DNA of 62,882 nucleotides, filler included, from Guillardia theta CCMP2712 (taxonomy: Eukaryota > Protista > Cryptophyta): assembly GCF_000315625.1 (NCBI RefSeq). It is 5 parts of 5 records of this genome, joined end to end, with 100 filler letters (N's around TTAATTAATTAA, not from the genome) between each part and the next. Parts side by side here need not be neighbours in the genome. Positions count along the whole stretch, not along the records: positions 45,330 to 50,828 come from NW_005434637.1; positions 50,929 to 60,410 come from NW_005434270.1; 3 more parts are not named here. The stretch is one strand, 5' to 3'. Each line of letters begins with the position of its first letter. Position 1 is the first letter of the stretch. The notes below the pieces were generated by a model. That model ran no database searches. It was not told where the DNA came from and worked only from the letters and a program-made list of their open reading frames with translations. Both the position numbers and the translations under genes were made by a program. Shown in pieces: positions 47,546-60,410 of this stretch.

Positions 47546-48198
47546 ATGCCTCACTCAAACATCAACTCCTCCCAACCCGTACGCATCATCTACCCGAGGA
47601 ACAGATCTACCTCAAACCAAGGCAACAGCCCCGGAGGCATCGCCGGGTACTCGTCGCTCTTCAAGCGAGTCACTCCCGACGTCATCCGCTCCCTTACTCA
47701 CCTCAGCCAGACGGACGCGGCTCGGGAGCTGGTAAGCCCCTTCCCCGTCAACCCCACGCCCACCCACTCCACCCACTCCACCCACCTCTTTTTTCTTGTT
47801 CCTCTCCCTATCCTCTGGCCTGCTGGCGACCTGCTTGTGTCCCTCGTCTCTGCCTGTTCCATGCCTGTGGTCCTCACTGCATGTCGCAGGGCATCTCACT
47901 CTCCGCCCTCAAGAACGCGTGCAAGGCGCTGGGACTAGGGCGATGGCCTTACGTGCGGAGGAAGCAGCACGTCGCAAAGAGCAAAGGAGCTCTCAGCAAC
48001 CAGCCACCGCATGCCGGCATGACCTGCTCCGAGCATCAGGACAGCGAGATGGTCCTTCTGTGCTCGGGCGCAGGTGTACAGGAGGCCAGCGCGGAGCTAG
48101 AGCAGGAGGGGGCGACGGAGGAGGAAGACATGTGGAGGATCGAGGAGGAGTGGGTGGATTGGTACATGGGGATGGGGCTAGACGAAGACGGCGTGTAG
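47546..48198 (+). CDS. RWP-RK domain transcription factor, 2 exons
   Basis: Spliced HLSQTDAAREL|GISLSALKNACKALGLGRWPYVRRK. Confidence 0.9.
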
Positions 48199-48299
48199 GG
48201 AAGGGAAGCACTAAGTGTGAAGAGGCAGTAAATAAAAGGAGAATAAACTGGCAAAAGAAGATTGCGATGAGAATGAACCGTTGGTCAAGATGACCAGTT

Positions 48300-50570
48300 C
48301 GGTGGAGACATGGATTACATTTGGAAGAGAGGGAGGATTGGAGGTTTATGTCTAAACAAACTGCAAACCAAACTTCCTTATCCTGCAAGTACAAGAAATA
48401 TGAGAGGAGAAAAGTGGAAGAGTTTTCAAGGTGTAGGAGAAGGGCAGGGGAAGGCGAGGAGAGGAGAGGAGAGGAGAGGAGAGGAGGGGAGGGGAGGGGA
48501 GGGGAGGGGAGGGGAGAGGAGAGGAGAGGAGAGGAGAGGAGAGGAGAGGAGACCAGGATGGCAGCGATGTTGCCAAGAGAAGCAAGCCAGTCGTTGTCCT
48601 CCATCGCCTGCACGCGAGACTGAACGCCACGTTGCCGCAGTGCCACGTCATGCCGCGAGCTCTTCCCGTGCTCTGCTCCCCCTTGCGAGCCCTGAGACAC
48701 GATCAAGGGAGAGAAGACAAGTGATGCAGAGGACAAGAGAGTAGGGGGGGGGCGAGGAGAGAGGAAGAGGAAGAGGAAGGGGAGGAGAGGAGAGCAGGAG
48801 GAGAGGAGAAGGTTCACCTTCAGTCGGATGAAGAAGGCAATGAGAGTTGAAAGAGCCGCGTAGAGGGCGAGAAGGCCAACGCGGTGAAGCTCGAGAGCTT
48901 CGACTCGATGTGAACTTCGAACCTGAGGCATCGACGTGTGAAGGGAAATATGATGCACAAGGTTGAACAGAGCAGAAGGGGCGGGAGCAGAAGCAGGAGC
49001 AGCAAGAAAGAGACGAAGATCGGCAAGGGAGCAACGAGACAGAAACAAGGTGGAGGGTGAGAGGAGGGGAGTGAGGAGGGAAGGAGAGACGTACCGCCTT
49101 GAGCATGTACGGCTGGAGGATAAAGCTGGAAGGCAGGAGGGCAACGAAGACGGTGAAGACGACCTGCATGAACAGAGGTCCCTGCATACCCTTCCCTCTC
49201 CCCTGCGTCCCACGTGAGTGCTAGGAAACGAGGAGACAGCAGCTCAAGGCTCACGGAGGAAGAGGCGATGGAGGCGACGAAGACAGAGGCGAGCAAGGAG
49301 GAGCTTGCAATGAGAATGTAAAGCACGTATGACTTGGGCATGAACGTTCCTGTTGCTCCATCAGCTGACTCCTCCTCCTCCTCCTCCTCCTCCTCCTCCT
49401 CCTCCTAACCTCCGAAGTATAGTCCTGCCATGCCCCCTGAGATTCCAGCCAGCAGCGATCGCGTCATCGGGCTCCTCCTGCTCCACGTCAGCTCGAGCCA
49501 GCTCGCTCATCCTCAACCTCGCAGCGTCACTGAGGAAGCAGACGGAGGAAGCAGCTGCTGCCACCAGGCACCACGCCGGCCACGTCCTCCTCCTTCTTGC
49601 CGCCATGGTAGAGGCGAAGCCGAGCTTGGACATGTCGGGCTCGATCTAAGAGGGAGAAGAATGAAAGGAGAACAAAGAAGGGAGAGGAGGGGAAGGCTGA
49701 GAGAGGAGGGAGGAGGGAGGAGGGAGGAGGGAGGAGGGAGGAGGGAGGGAGGGAGGAGGGAGGAGGGAGGAGGGAGGAGGGAGGAGGGAGGGAGGGAGGA
49801 GGATCAACCGCCATTAGCACAGCCCCCAAGCAGAAGCAGGCAGCGAATCCCTTCCTCAACTTGGGAGATGATGGGAAGTGATGAGTCGCGAGACCCGCAC
49901 AGAGGACAGGAAGGAGACAGAGGCACGTCTGCGCAAGAAGTCAAACGTTTCCTCCTCCCTCTCCTCATCTTCTGCTTCTTCTTCCTTCTTCCTTCTCCTC
50001 CCCCTCCTCATCTTCTGCTTCTTCTTCCTTCTCCTCCTCCTCCACCTCCCTCCCTGCCTTCCTCTCTCCCTCCTCTCACCCCTATGAGGAAGGCTTCCGA
50101 GGGTCGAGCATGGATTGTTGCCTTCACCATGGCCTCCAAGAGCGAGTGGCGGAGGAAGAAGAGCGCGGCTGTCGGAGACGAAAGTAAGAGGAGCGAGGAA
50201 AGCACGAGAGGGAGACAGGAGTGAAAGGCAGCGACGACGTTGAGTGCTGAAAGAGGTCGAAAGGAGGATAAGGAGAGATGGTGAGGAGAGGAGCAGAGAG
50301 GAGGAGAAAGGAGCGAGCGAGCGAGCCAAAGAGACAAGGAAGGTTGTGGGAGAGTGAAGAGAGGGGAGCGAGGAGATGGAGGAAGCAGGAAGACCAGAAT
50401 AAGGGTGGGGGGGAGTAATGAGGAGAGGAGAGGGTTATGAAGAGAAGACCTGCGATGGTTGAGATGTGCAGGATAGCAAAAGTCTTGCTCATCTTCCCGA
50501 AAGGAGACGCGACGAGAGAAACCTTCTTTTCACCCTGAAAGACGAGGGGAGGGACGAGGGACGAGGGACG

Positions 50571-50650
<80 letters not shown>

Positions 50651-52530
50651 CAGCAGGAGCAGGAGCAGGAGCAGGAGCAGACAAGGGAGGTAGAGTGGGG
50701 GAGAGGTGAAGCGTCAGAGAGTGGTAGAGGAGGGAGAGGAAGGCGGCACCTCGACTACACTGTTCCTGAGGTAGAGGATGCCGATGTAGATGGGAGTGAC
50801 GTTGATAGCGAGACATTTCCCAGCAGGCNNNNNNNNNNNNNNNNNNNNNNNNNNNNNNNNNNNNNNNNNNNNTTAATTAATTAANNNNNNNNNNNNNNNN
50901 NNNNNNNNNNNNNNNNNNNNNNNNNNNNCCTCCTCCTCCTCCTCCTCCCTCCTCCAACTCATGATCATCGTCATCGTTATGATCATGAGTTACAGGAGGA
51001 TCATGATCGTCGTCGTCGTCATCATCATCATCATCTCCGGCCCCCTCATCTCCATCATCAACTTCATTATCACCTGAAAATGGATGTGCAGATCTACATC
51101 CCACGGTATCTTCGACTCTATCCCCAGCATCGTCCTCACTCGCAGCACAAGTCGGTTGAGAAGGCAACACCAGACCGGCACACTGATAGCAAGAGTGACA
51201 GGAAAGGTGTTGGGGACCCCAGGGAAGTCAGCCGAGGAGAACGAGTCAAGCATGATACATCCCCCTTCCTTAGCAGAGAGCAGAGCAAGAACAAAGTTGG
51301 CGAAGGTCTCCTCCTCCCTCTCCCCCTCCTGGTGGATCGGAGGCAGCGGAAACTCGGCGTTGAAGAGCAATTGATCCGACGGACGAAGCCAAGGGCCGTG
51401 GGGGATGATACTGACCTGCGAGACAAGGTTTCAAGGGGACGGAGGTGGGAGGGAGAATGGAAGAGAGGGAGAGGGAGAGGGAGAGGGAGAGGGAGAGGGA
51501 GAGGGAGAGGGAGAGGGAGAGGGAGAAGGAGAGGGAGAGGGACAAGGTAGATCATTCCCCCACGATCTCGCACCAGGGGGTAGGTGTAGTGAGAGGAGAC
51601 ATTTCCAACAAAGTCGATGTCTTCTATCAACGACTGGATCTCGCTATATACTGCCAGGTCAGTTGCGTTCTTCATCGCAAAGACCTCCTCGACATTCACA
51701 TGGCGAAGATAGTCATTCAACATGTTTTCTCTAATCCCCTCAACCCCTCCTCCCACACCCTGCTGCCTCCAAACTTCCTCCTCATCTTCCTCTGTTGCGT
51801 TGTTTGTTCCATTCATACTGTCCCCCCCCTGCGACCTCAACGCCCATCCTCGCAGCCGCTGCTCAAAGGTGTAGTTGCTCGACGACGACGGCTGCTCTTG
51901 CTGCGTCTCCTGCTTGGCCGCCATCGCCTTCTCTTTGAACCTGAGGATCCGGACCCAGTCGTCGTGCGCCTGATCAATGTAATTCTTGATTTCCTGAGGT
52001 ATCTTGTCGAAGTGCTTTCTCATCTCTTCCCGCATACTTGAGTTGTACATCATCTCCTGGGTGACCATTCGCCATCATGACAGGCTTGCTGCATCGAAGG
52101 AGACCTATACCTCAACCGACGGTTGCGTCCCTCCTCCACCTTCACCGCCTCTCAAGCAAAACCTTGACCTCCCATGGGACCCATGATGTACCGAAACATC
52201 AAGACACTCGCGGCCTCTCACCGAGTGACTGCCATGCACGGGACGAAGTACCTGCAACATGAGTTAGCACTTGTAGCGTGAAGTTCTGCAAGGAACAAGC
52301 AGGCACATTCGATTGGAGTGAACTAGCGTAAGCAGGGAGGGAGGGAGGGAGGGAGGGAGGGAGGAGGGAGGGAGGGAGGGAGGGAGGGAGGGAGGGAGGG
52401 AGGGAGAAGTATGTGGAATTATCTCACGCTTGTCTTGTAGTTCACATCAGCATCTCTTCCTTCTCCTCCTCTTCCCGCCATGAACGCGACCACCAGCAAG
52501 GATGCGCCCCATCCCCTGCATGGCGACATG
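48300..52530 (-). CDS. Hypothetical multi-pass membrane protein(s), many exons, interrupted by a gap; may be two genes
   Basis: Several hydrophobic exons (YVLYILIASSSLLASVFVASI; QVVFTVFVALLPSSFILQPY; VGLLALYAALSTLIAFFIRL; FAILHISTIAGLLFITL) and coding-like ORFs at 51.0-52.1 kb. Confidence 0.45.
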
Positions 52531-54128
52531 TCGACTTTATGCCGGGCCTGCCCGGCCCACCCGGCCGGTGGCTCGACCACTGAGAAAAAAGAACATATAG
52601 GAAAAGTATTGAACTTCGAATCCTACTTAGATCCCATAGCTCTACATATAGTAGATATTTTTTTGGGGGGGGGGTCCGCCCCACCTCCCCAAGAGAAAAA
52701 AACATGATGTGAGATATGGAAAAATGAGGCGGGGGAGGAGGAGGGAGATATGTCAGAGGTGAAGGAGGAAGTGGGGAGGAAGGGAGAGAGGGGAAGAGAG
52801 AAAGACTGAAGGGAGAGATGGGGGAGGAGGAGTTGGGGGGGGGGGGGGGATTGGAAAAAGGGAGGGAGTGGGAAAGAGGGAGAGGGAGAGATTTATTTGG
52901 GGGGATAGGGCAGGAAGATCTAAAGTGGTAGTAAGAGGTTCAAGGGAAAGAGAGGATAGAGAGAGATGGCACGCGAGAGGCTGGAGAGAGAACGATGCGT
53001 CTCAAAAAGACATGACAGGGAGTTTGATATCGCGTGTGCGAGGTTGAATGATGTGCTTGTTGAGTTGTGCGGGCACAAACATAGAATGGGAATGCAGACT
53101 AGGTGCGAGAACCGAATCGAAATATCAGCAAGAAATCAGATGGTTGCATGGCAAGAAAGGAAAGTGGGAAGATACACTGGAGTCTTTACGAAAGGAACGT
53201 GACGACGTTTGACGAGCTGCTGAAGGTGAAGTAAATTCTCAGAGATGAACAGTGTGGCAAAGCTGCAATATGAGTGTCCAGTAGAGATAGGATTTTGAAG
53301 TACTCTTATGCTGTCAAGTGATCACCGATTGATCAGACCCGCAGCAATACCGTCAGTTCGGGAGAACTTTTGTAGAGCATGCTTGCAGCTTCGGTGCTGA
53401 AACCATGCTTCCTGTCGATTCAACCATGCGCCATACCATGGAGCTGTGGGAGTATGAGATGAAGAAACAAAGATGTCCGATCAATGACTCGACGCTCGCT
53501 CTATCTCTGTCAGCCGTGTTTCTGCTTCAAACACAAAACCAGCTTGCTGATCGCGCTTGCTGCTGCATTTGCCTGAGCATCAACAAAGTAGCGGGGATGA
53601 TGAAGCGAGGATTATCATCATCAAGCATGTGTTTGAATAAGTTCCATCTCAGTCATGACTGAAGGATGAGGGAGAAAAACAAAGAAAATGCTATTCCCTT
53701 TGATGGTGGATAACTCCAACAAAGTTGTGAAGTAGCGCAATACTACATGGAACAGAATGCCGCAGAACACCTTGTTCAACATCTTCCTACTCTGAGCTCA
53801 TTGGTGCTGCAGGACTACTTTGCAGGGTCAAATTTCGCGGAGAGAATGAGACTAGCTTGAAAGGCAACTATCTCAGGTGAGGTTATCCATGCTCAAGCAA
53901 ATCTTGTGTGTTTGGGTGGGAAAAAAAAGCAAACCATGAGCGAAGATTGGAACGCTAAATGTTGATTGTTTTAATTTCGTCTTAAATTGTGCTGAATAAT
54001 TGCAATTTTGATTTGAGCGTTCTAATCTAAATTACATTAAAAACAAGCATTGATCATCAGGAGTGTGACAATGCGGTAGAATGACAAAAAACATGCAGGG
54101 TGGATCCATCCAAAATCACAGCTGAGGA

Positions 54129-55290
54129 TCAAACCAGCTCCACGAGGGCTCCCTCCGTCCCCACCAGCTCCTCGATGTCCTCGGGGTTCAGCGGGCTCAC
54201 GATGATCTCATCGATCACTCGCTGTAGCGACCCCTCGCGCCCTTCAGCCCCGTCCACTCGCTCCCACGACTCCAGAAAGCTCTGGATCATCACCGCGCTC
54301 TCCTCCTCCGGTAGAGGCCCCGCGCCCCAGTCTCGCCGGCAAGCCCCGCCGTAGCAGGCCAGCTGACCCTCCTGCTTGACGCCGTCCGCCCCCTCCAGCT
54401 CGTACGCCCCCAGACACTCCCTCAGGTGCGCCTCCGTCATGAAGTCGATCTCCCCGCAGCTGCTCTCCTCCCCCTGCTCCGTCTCAGAGGCCGTCGACGC
54501 CAGGTCGCAGCAGCCTTGGTCCACGACGTCGGAAGGACAAGCGGACGCGTGGAGGAGCTTGGCTGGCCTTGGCAGCATCGAGGTAGTGACGACGGCGTTG
54601 CTGGGCTCATCGCTCCAAGCCTCGTCCAGCTTGCGCTTGGTGGGGCTCAAGGCCTCGTCGACCTCCTCAAAGAAGCGAGGGTACGTGGGCACTCTGCACA
54701 AGAAGCTCTTCCAGCCGTCGTGGTACTCCTTGCATACCTCCAGGAACGCCTCCAGCCTGCAGCAGGTCGCAAACGGCCCGGACGTCGCCGCTATCGCTTT
54801 CCACGCCTCCACGAGCTCTCGGCGATCGTCCGGGTCGGAGGGGTTCCTCCACCGATACCCCGAGTATACATATCGCACTGCAGGCACCACCAGCGTCAGT
54901 CGCCGGACATGCTGCCCCCTTCCTCCGATCAGCTCACCTCCATCCTCCTGCGAGTCCTCGTGTCCTGATCCTTCCATCTTGAAGGACTTCTTGGCTCGGA
55001 GCTTGGTGAAGCCGTTCCTCTCGAGGACCTTGTTGAACTCCACCTCCGTCAGCCCATGCCGCCCCACGTAAGGGTCTTGTCCTCGGATGGCAAACGGGCA
55101 CGCTTGCGCCAGGCAACGGAACAAGGAGCAATACCCCGTCCGGGATACGGTAGAGTCAGGATCTTCGCACGCGCAGACCTGCAGGAGGAGTCATCAGGGG
55201 GGCTTGGGGCAGGGATGGGAGGAGGCTAACCGCAGAGGCGAACTGTAGAGCGAGCTTCTTGTTTTCGACGGAGGCAGAAGGTCTGACCAT
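54129..55290 (-). CDS. Hypothetical protein, duplicate copy A (2 exons; intron 55179-55230)
   Basis: Exon 1 MVRPSASVENKKLALQFASA is spliced GT..AG to the long ORF. Near-identical to copy B. Confidence 0.8.
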
Positions 55291-56501
55291 GATTTTATCT
55301 TTACGATTGTTCTTTTGTTTTTCCTGATAGGGAGAACAGGTTGAGAGGGAACTATTGTTGTTTGAAGGAGACGAAGAGATGGTTGATGTATCCTGTATCT
55401 TGTTGACGAGGTCTTGTGTATCTTGTTTCTAACTTCTTGTGTCCTTCAAGGTTTGCCTCTCTTTTACGATCTCTGGCTTTCGTTTCCCGACCAGCATAAA
55501 ACCCTTTTAACCTCTTAAAGGAAAGAGCTCGCGTACCCCTTCCATCAGACTACCCACCCACCATCTTGACCCAAAATGACAGTCAATGTACCGGGTGAAA
55601 AGTCAATGCGACCCAACAACCCCCTCAGGTCGGTCCTCCGATTCCTGATGGTCTTCATGACAAAGGGCGTGAGACGAGGTTCATGACACCGAGCATGAGA
55701 CCCTCGATGGATTACCAGGGGGTACTTTGAGTGAAATGGGGGGGTTAGAACGTCCCCGAGCTCCTAAAAGTTTTCCAGGTTTACTACACGGTGAATTTGT
55801 AAATCATTATTATTATAAAATGTTAAAATGAAAGATCGTGCGATCCATAAAAAAAAATTCCGAAAAAAGAAACCTGACACCAAAGTCATCCTGGATGCAT
55901 TTCTCTACTTTACCCGTACACGCGTTTGTTATTCCCCGTCCTCCTCCCTCTATTGCTCCTCCTTCTCTCCCTCCTGGCTTGGGGGTAAGGTTTCGGTCTA
56001 CCTAGCCTCCCTCCCTCCCTCCCTCCCTCCCTCCCTCCCTCCCTGTGTATTCCACTTCCCTTCCTTCGAATTTTATAAGCAATCTGAGCTTTCGAAATCT
56101 CAATTCATAGCGTCTTCAAAACTCTCTCGCAATAAAGCAAGAATGCACTCAACTCTATCATTCTCAGATCATGTCGATGGCTGCCTGCGCATTACTGCGG
56201 TCTGACGAAATCTGGACAATCTCGTAGATATGATCATCCGGCCTCGATCATCCAAGGAAGAAATGTTTTGTTTCAAAACTTGTTTTGCTTTGGCTCTCTT
56301 CTCTATGTAGGAAGTACTGGGACTGGTCACTTAGCTTGAGAATCTAAGGTATCCTTTTGTGAGTCTGTGTCTGAAAACAGATCTGATATATTCTACATCA
56401 AATGCGTTAAAACATCCAAAACTGTACAATGACTTGCTCAAATACGGCCTAGTCTCAAGTGGTACTTAAAAAGTACCGTAGCTTGACTTCTCGTGTCAAC
56501 G

Positions 56502-57663
56502 TTAAACCAGCTCCACGAGGGCTCCCTCCGTCCCCACCAGCTCCTCGATGTCCTCGGGGTCCAGCGGGCTCACGATAATCTCATCGATCACTCGCTGTAG
56601 CGACCCCTCGCGCCCTTCAGCCCCGTCCACTCGCTCCCACGACTCCAGAAAGCTCTGGATCATCACCGCGCTCTCCTCCTCCGGTAGAGGCCCCGCGCCC
56701 CAGTCTCGCCGGCAAGCCCCGCCGTAGCAGGCCAGCTGACCCTCCTGCTTGACGCCGTCCGCCCCCTCCAGCTCGTACGCCCCAAGACACTCCCTCAGGT
56801 GCGCCTCCGTCATGAAGTCGATCTCCCCGCAGCTGCTCTCCTCCCCCTGCTCCGTCTCAGAGGCCGTCGACGCCAGGTCGCAGCAGCCTTGGTCCACGAC
56901 GTCGGACGGACAAGCGGACGCGTGGAGGAGCTTGGCGGGCCTTGGCAGCATCGAGGTAGTGACGACGGCGTTGCTGGGCTCATCGCTCCAAGCCTCGTCC
57001 AGCTTGCGCTTGGTGGGGCTCAAGGCCTCGTCGACCTCCTCAAAGAAGCGAGGGTACGTGGGCACTCTGCACAAGAAGCTCTTCCAGCCGTCGTGGTACT
57101 CCTTGCATACCTCCAGGAACGCCTCCAGCCTGCAGCAGGTCGCAAACGGCCCGGACGTCGCCGCTATCGCTTTCCACGCCTCCACGAGCTCTCGGCGATC
57201 GTCCGGGTCGGAGGGGTTCCTCCACCGATACCCCGAGTATACATATCGCACTGCAGGCACCACCAGCGTCAGTCGCCGGACATGCTGCCCCCTTCCTCCG
57301 ATCAGCTCACCTCCATCCTCCTGCGAGTCCTCGTGTCCTGATCCTTCCATCTTGAAGGACTTCTTGGCTCGGAGCTTGGTGAAGCCGTTCCTCTCGAGGA
57401 CCTTGTTGAACTCCACCTCCGTCAGCCCATGCCGCCCCACGTAAGGGTCTTGTCCTCGGATGGCAAACGGGCACGCTTGCGCCAGGCAACGGAACAAGGA
57501 GCAATACCCCGTCCGGGATACGGTAGAGTCAGGATCTTCGAACGCGCAGACCTGCAAGAGGAGTCATCAGGGGGGCTTGGGGCAGGGAGGGGAGGAGGCT
57601 AACCGCAGAGGCGAACTGTAGAGCGAGCTTCTTGTTTTCGACGGAGGCAGAAGGTCTGACCAT
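56502..57663 (-). CDS. Hypothetical protein, duplicate copy B (2 exons; intron 57552-57603)
   Basis: Same structure as copy A at a constant offset of 2373 bp. Confidence 0.8.
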
Positions 57664-59928
57664 GATTAGCGCCACAACAACTTGATGTTTGCAATTGCTT
57701 TCGTTCCTCCTGTTGAGAACACTCCACAACTTCTTGCGTATGACTCTCGATCAATCGGAACGATGTATTCTATCTTCGTTTCTGTCTTGCTGTTTTGGGT
57801 AGCTCAGTTCTGTCCTACCCACGTCTTGGTTTCCGTTCTTGCTCCTGGCTCTGCTTCTTCTGTTCTTGTTTCTACTTTTATTTCCCCACGGGTGGTGATA
57901 CGGCGAGGAGGAGGGGGGAAAGGGGGGGACGGTCGCGGTGAAAAACCACTTTGTAGGGGGTACGAAGGGGTACCTGCTCATAGGTAGTAAAAATCTACGG
58001 TAGGGTGGGTCTTAAGGACAGGGGTGATGTTTCTTTGCGGGACTTTACTAGGGTAGGAGGTTCGCTGTGGATACGGAGGGGTGGGTGGTTGTTATCAAGG
58101 CGCGGTACCTTCTTTACAATTCAATGATTCCTGACTACCCCTGTTTTCCGAAGTTCCAAGGAACGTTCTCATCCATGACCCCCCACCCCCCCAAACCCCC
58201 ACCACCCCCAGCACCCCTCACCCCTTGCAGCCCTTTAACCATGACTGCAGAGGGCACTTCATGATACACCGGCATGACACCATAGACCGCTAGAAGCCTT
58301 CTTTCGAAATGCTCTAGATGTGTTCCAGATCCCTCGGTGCTGCTCCAGATCTTGCCCTGTCTGGAACGAACTCCCAAATATCCTCGAAAGGGCTTCCAGA
58401 TATGCTTCAGATCTAGAAGACGTGCGGTCAAACCTCTTGCGGCCCGCCAACGAAATTATTTACTACAGGTAAGTCTACTATATATATATTCGGCTCGGAC
58501 TCGATGATCAACTGGGTCTTTACTTCTGTGAAAAAAAAATTATATTGATATTAGGATCGAAGACGCCGTGACGAGGCTCGGCAATTAGCCAACGCCGTAT
58601 GATCTCCAGACTGAGATCCAACGGCGATTCATCTGAGATCGTATCCAGATTTTAAAACATTTTTGTTCAGCTACAGTATAATTCTAAAAGTCACCCCGGG
58701 GTTCGCCGAGTCCCGGGCGTCCAGGCACCTGAAAGTTCACAACCGTGGTCACGTCACCAACTTTTGACAGGCCAAATGAAATCCATTTCGAACTATGAAC
58801 TTTCAAATTAACACTCAAAAGACTCCTGAGAGCTTTCAAAATTTGTCGACGTGCAGTGAAACATCATGAATCATCGACCGGCGCTCAGGCGCTTTACTCC
58901 GGCACGGTACCGTACCGTACCCTCTGGCCGATTTACGCCCGAGACGACCGGTGGCATGGCGCAGCCAATTCGCTGCTCCCGGGGAGTCACCGTGGCACGC
59001 CCTGAGATGCTGACGTGACTGGGTGGCAGTAGTACCAGCCCGGGGTTCCCCGAGACGGACTACGACTATACTAGTTTTAGTCAATGGGTCCTCAGTACGG
59101 TATAGTAGTGACTCCAGGCCCCCGGACTCGGACGGCGGTACTACCGTACGCCGTGACGGCCGGGTGGTCTGCCGACTCCGATCCGGCGGCCCTCAGCCCG
59201 GCCCCTTGGATGTCTGACATCCCGGTGGCGGCTCAGCGGCTCATTCAGTCAGCGGCGGCTCGGCGGCCCTCACTGCCTGCCAGCCGCGCCTCTGACTTGA
59301 CACGACTCGATGCCGACTCGATGAGGCCGCTCACGTGGCACTTGATTGCCGCGCACTGTCAGTGACGTGTCTGGCACAGCCTGTGTAGGAGTCGGATCGC
59401 ACCGGACGCCGGCGGGCGGCCCCTCCGAGCCTGGCACCCGTGGCCCCCGGGCCCGGTACGGAGTCCGGGCGGCCCGGCCGGGAGCCCGCCTTTCTTCCCA
59501 TCATCATCGAGTCGCCAGCACTGATGTTTTACAACTCCTGATGGTGCATCCGGCGACACCGTTGAACCGGGTTGAACGCTGCCATCGTACTATGATGCCA
59601 CGGCGGCGTGTAAGGGAGGACGCCGAACGCTACTAGCCTAGATCGTGCCGTTGTGTCTTGAACGACTGCCCGGCCTCCTTGCAGGCTGCGGCAGCCGCCG
59701 CGCATGGCAGCAGTGTCAAGTTGTCAGTCACGGTTCGACACCGAGCATTGCGGGCCGGGACGGTCCCGCAATGCTCGTCCAGAACAGTGAATCACTACAA
59801 CACCAAGCTTCGCTACCAAAGCAGGTCACTGGGCCCCCGGCCGAAGCTTTACGGCCGGGGCAAGTTGCAGACGTCTACAGCGAATTCTCAAGGCACCTCA
59901 GTCCGCTGGATCGCACATAAAGGTGAAG

Positions 59929-60410
59929 AGTAGAGATGTGAAGTTGATTTGATAACAGTAGAGATGTGAAGTTGATTTGATAACAGTAGAGATATGAAGT
60001 TGATTTGATAACAGTAGAGATATGAAGTTGATTTGATAACAGTAGAGATATGAAGTTGATTTGATAACAGTAGAGATATGAAGTTGATTTGATAACAGTA
60101 GAGATATGAAGTTGATTTGATAACAGTAGAGATATGAAGTTGATTTGATAACAGTAGAGATATGAAGTTGATTTGATAACAGTAGAGATATGAAGTTGAT
60201 TTGATAACAGTAGAGATATGAAGTTGATTTGATAACAGTAGAGATATGAAGTTGATTTGATAACAGTAGAGATGTGAAGTTGATTTGATAACAGTAGAGA
60301 TATGAAGTTGATTTGATAACAGTAGAGATATGAAGTTGATTTGATAACAGTAGAGATATGAAGTTGATTTGATAACAGTAGAGATGTGAAGTTGATTGAT
60401 AACCAGTAGA
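59929..60410. repeat. 28-bp minisatellite (AGTAGAGATATGAAGTTGATTTGATAAC) x~17, truncated by a gap
   Basis: Head-to-tail copies without spacers. The only recurring variant is GATAT/GATGT. Confidence 0.97.

Noticed and set aside
54376-57444. Duplicated + strand ORFs of 231 and 180 aa
   Set aside because: Antisense shadows of the GC-rich - strand genes.
59929-60410. Possible CRISPR array (28-bp repeats)
   Set aside because: The units are contiguous with no unique spacers, there are no cas genes, and the context is eukaryotic.
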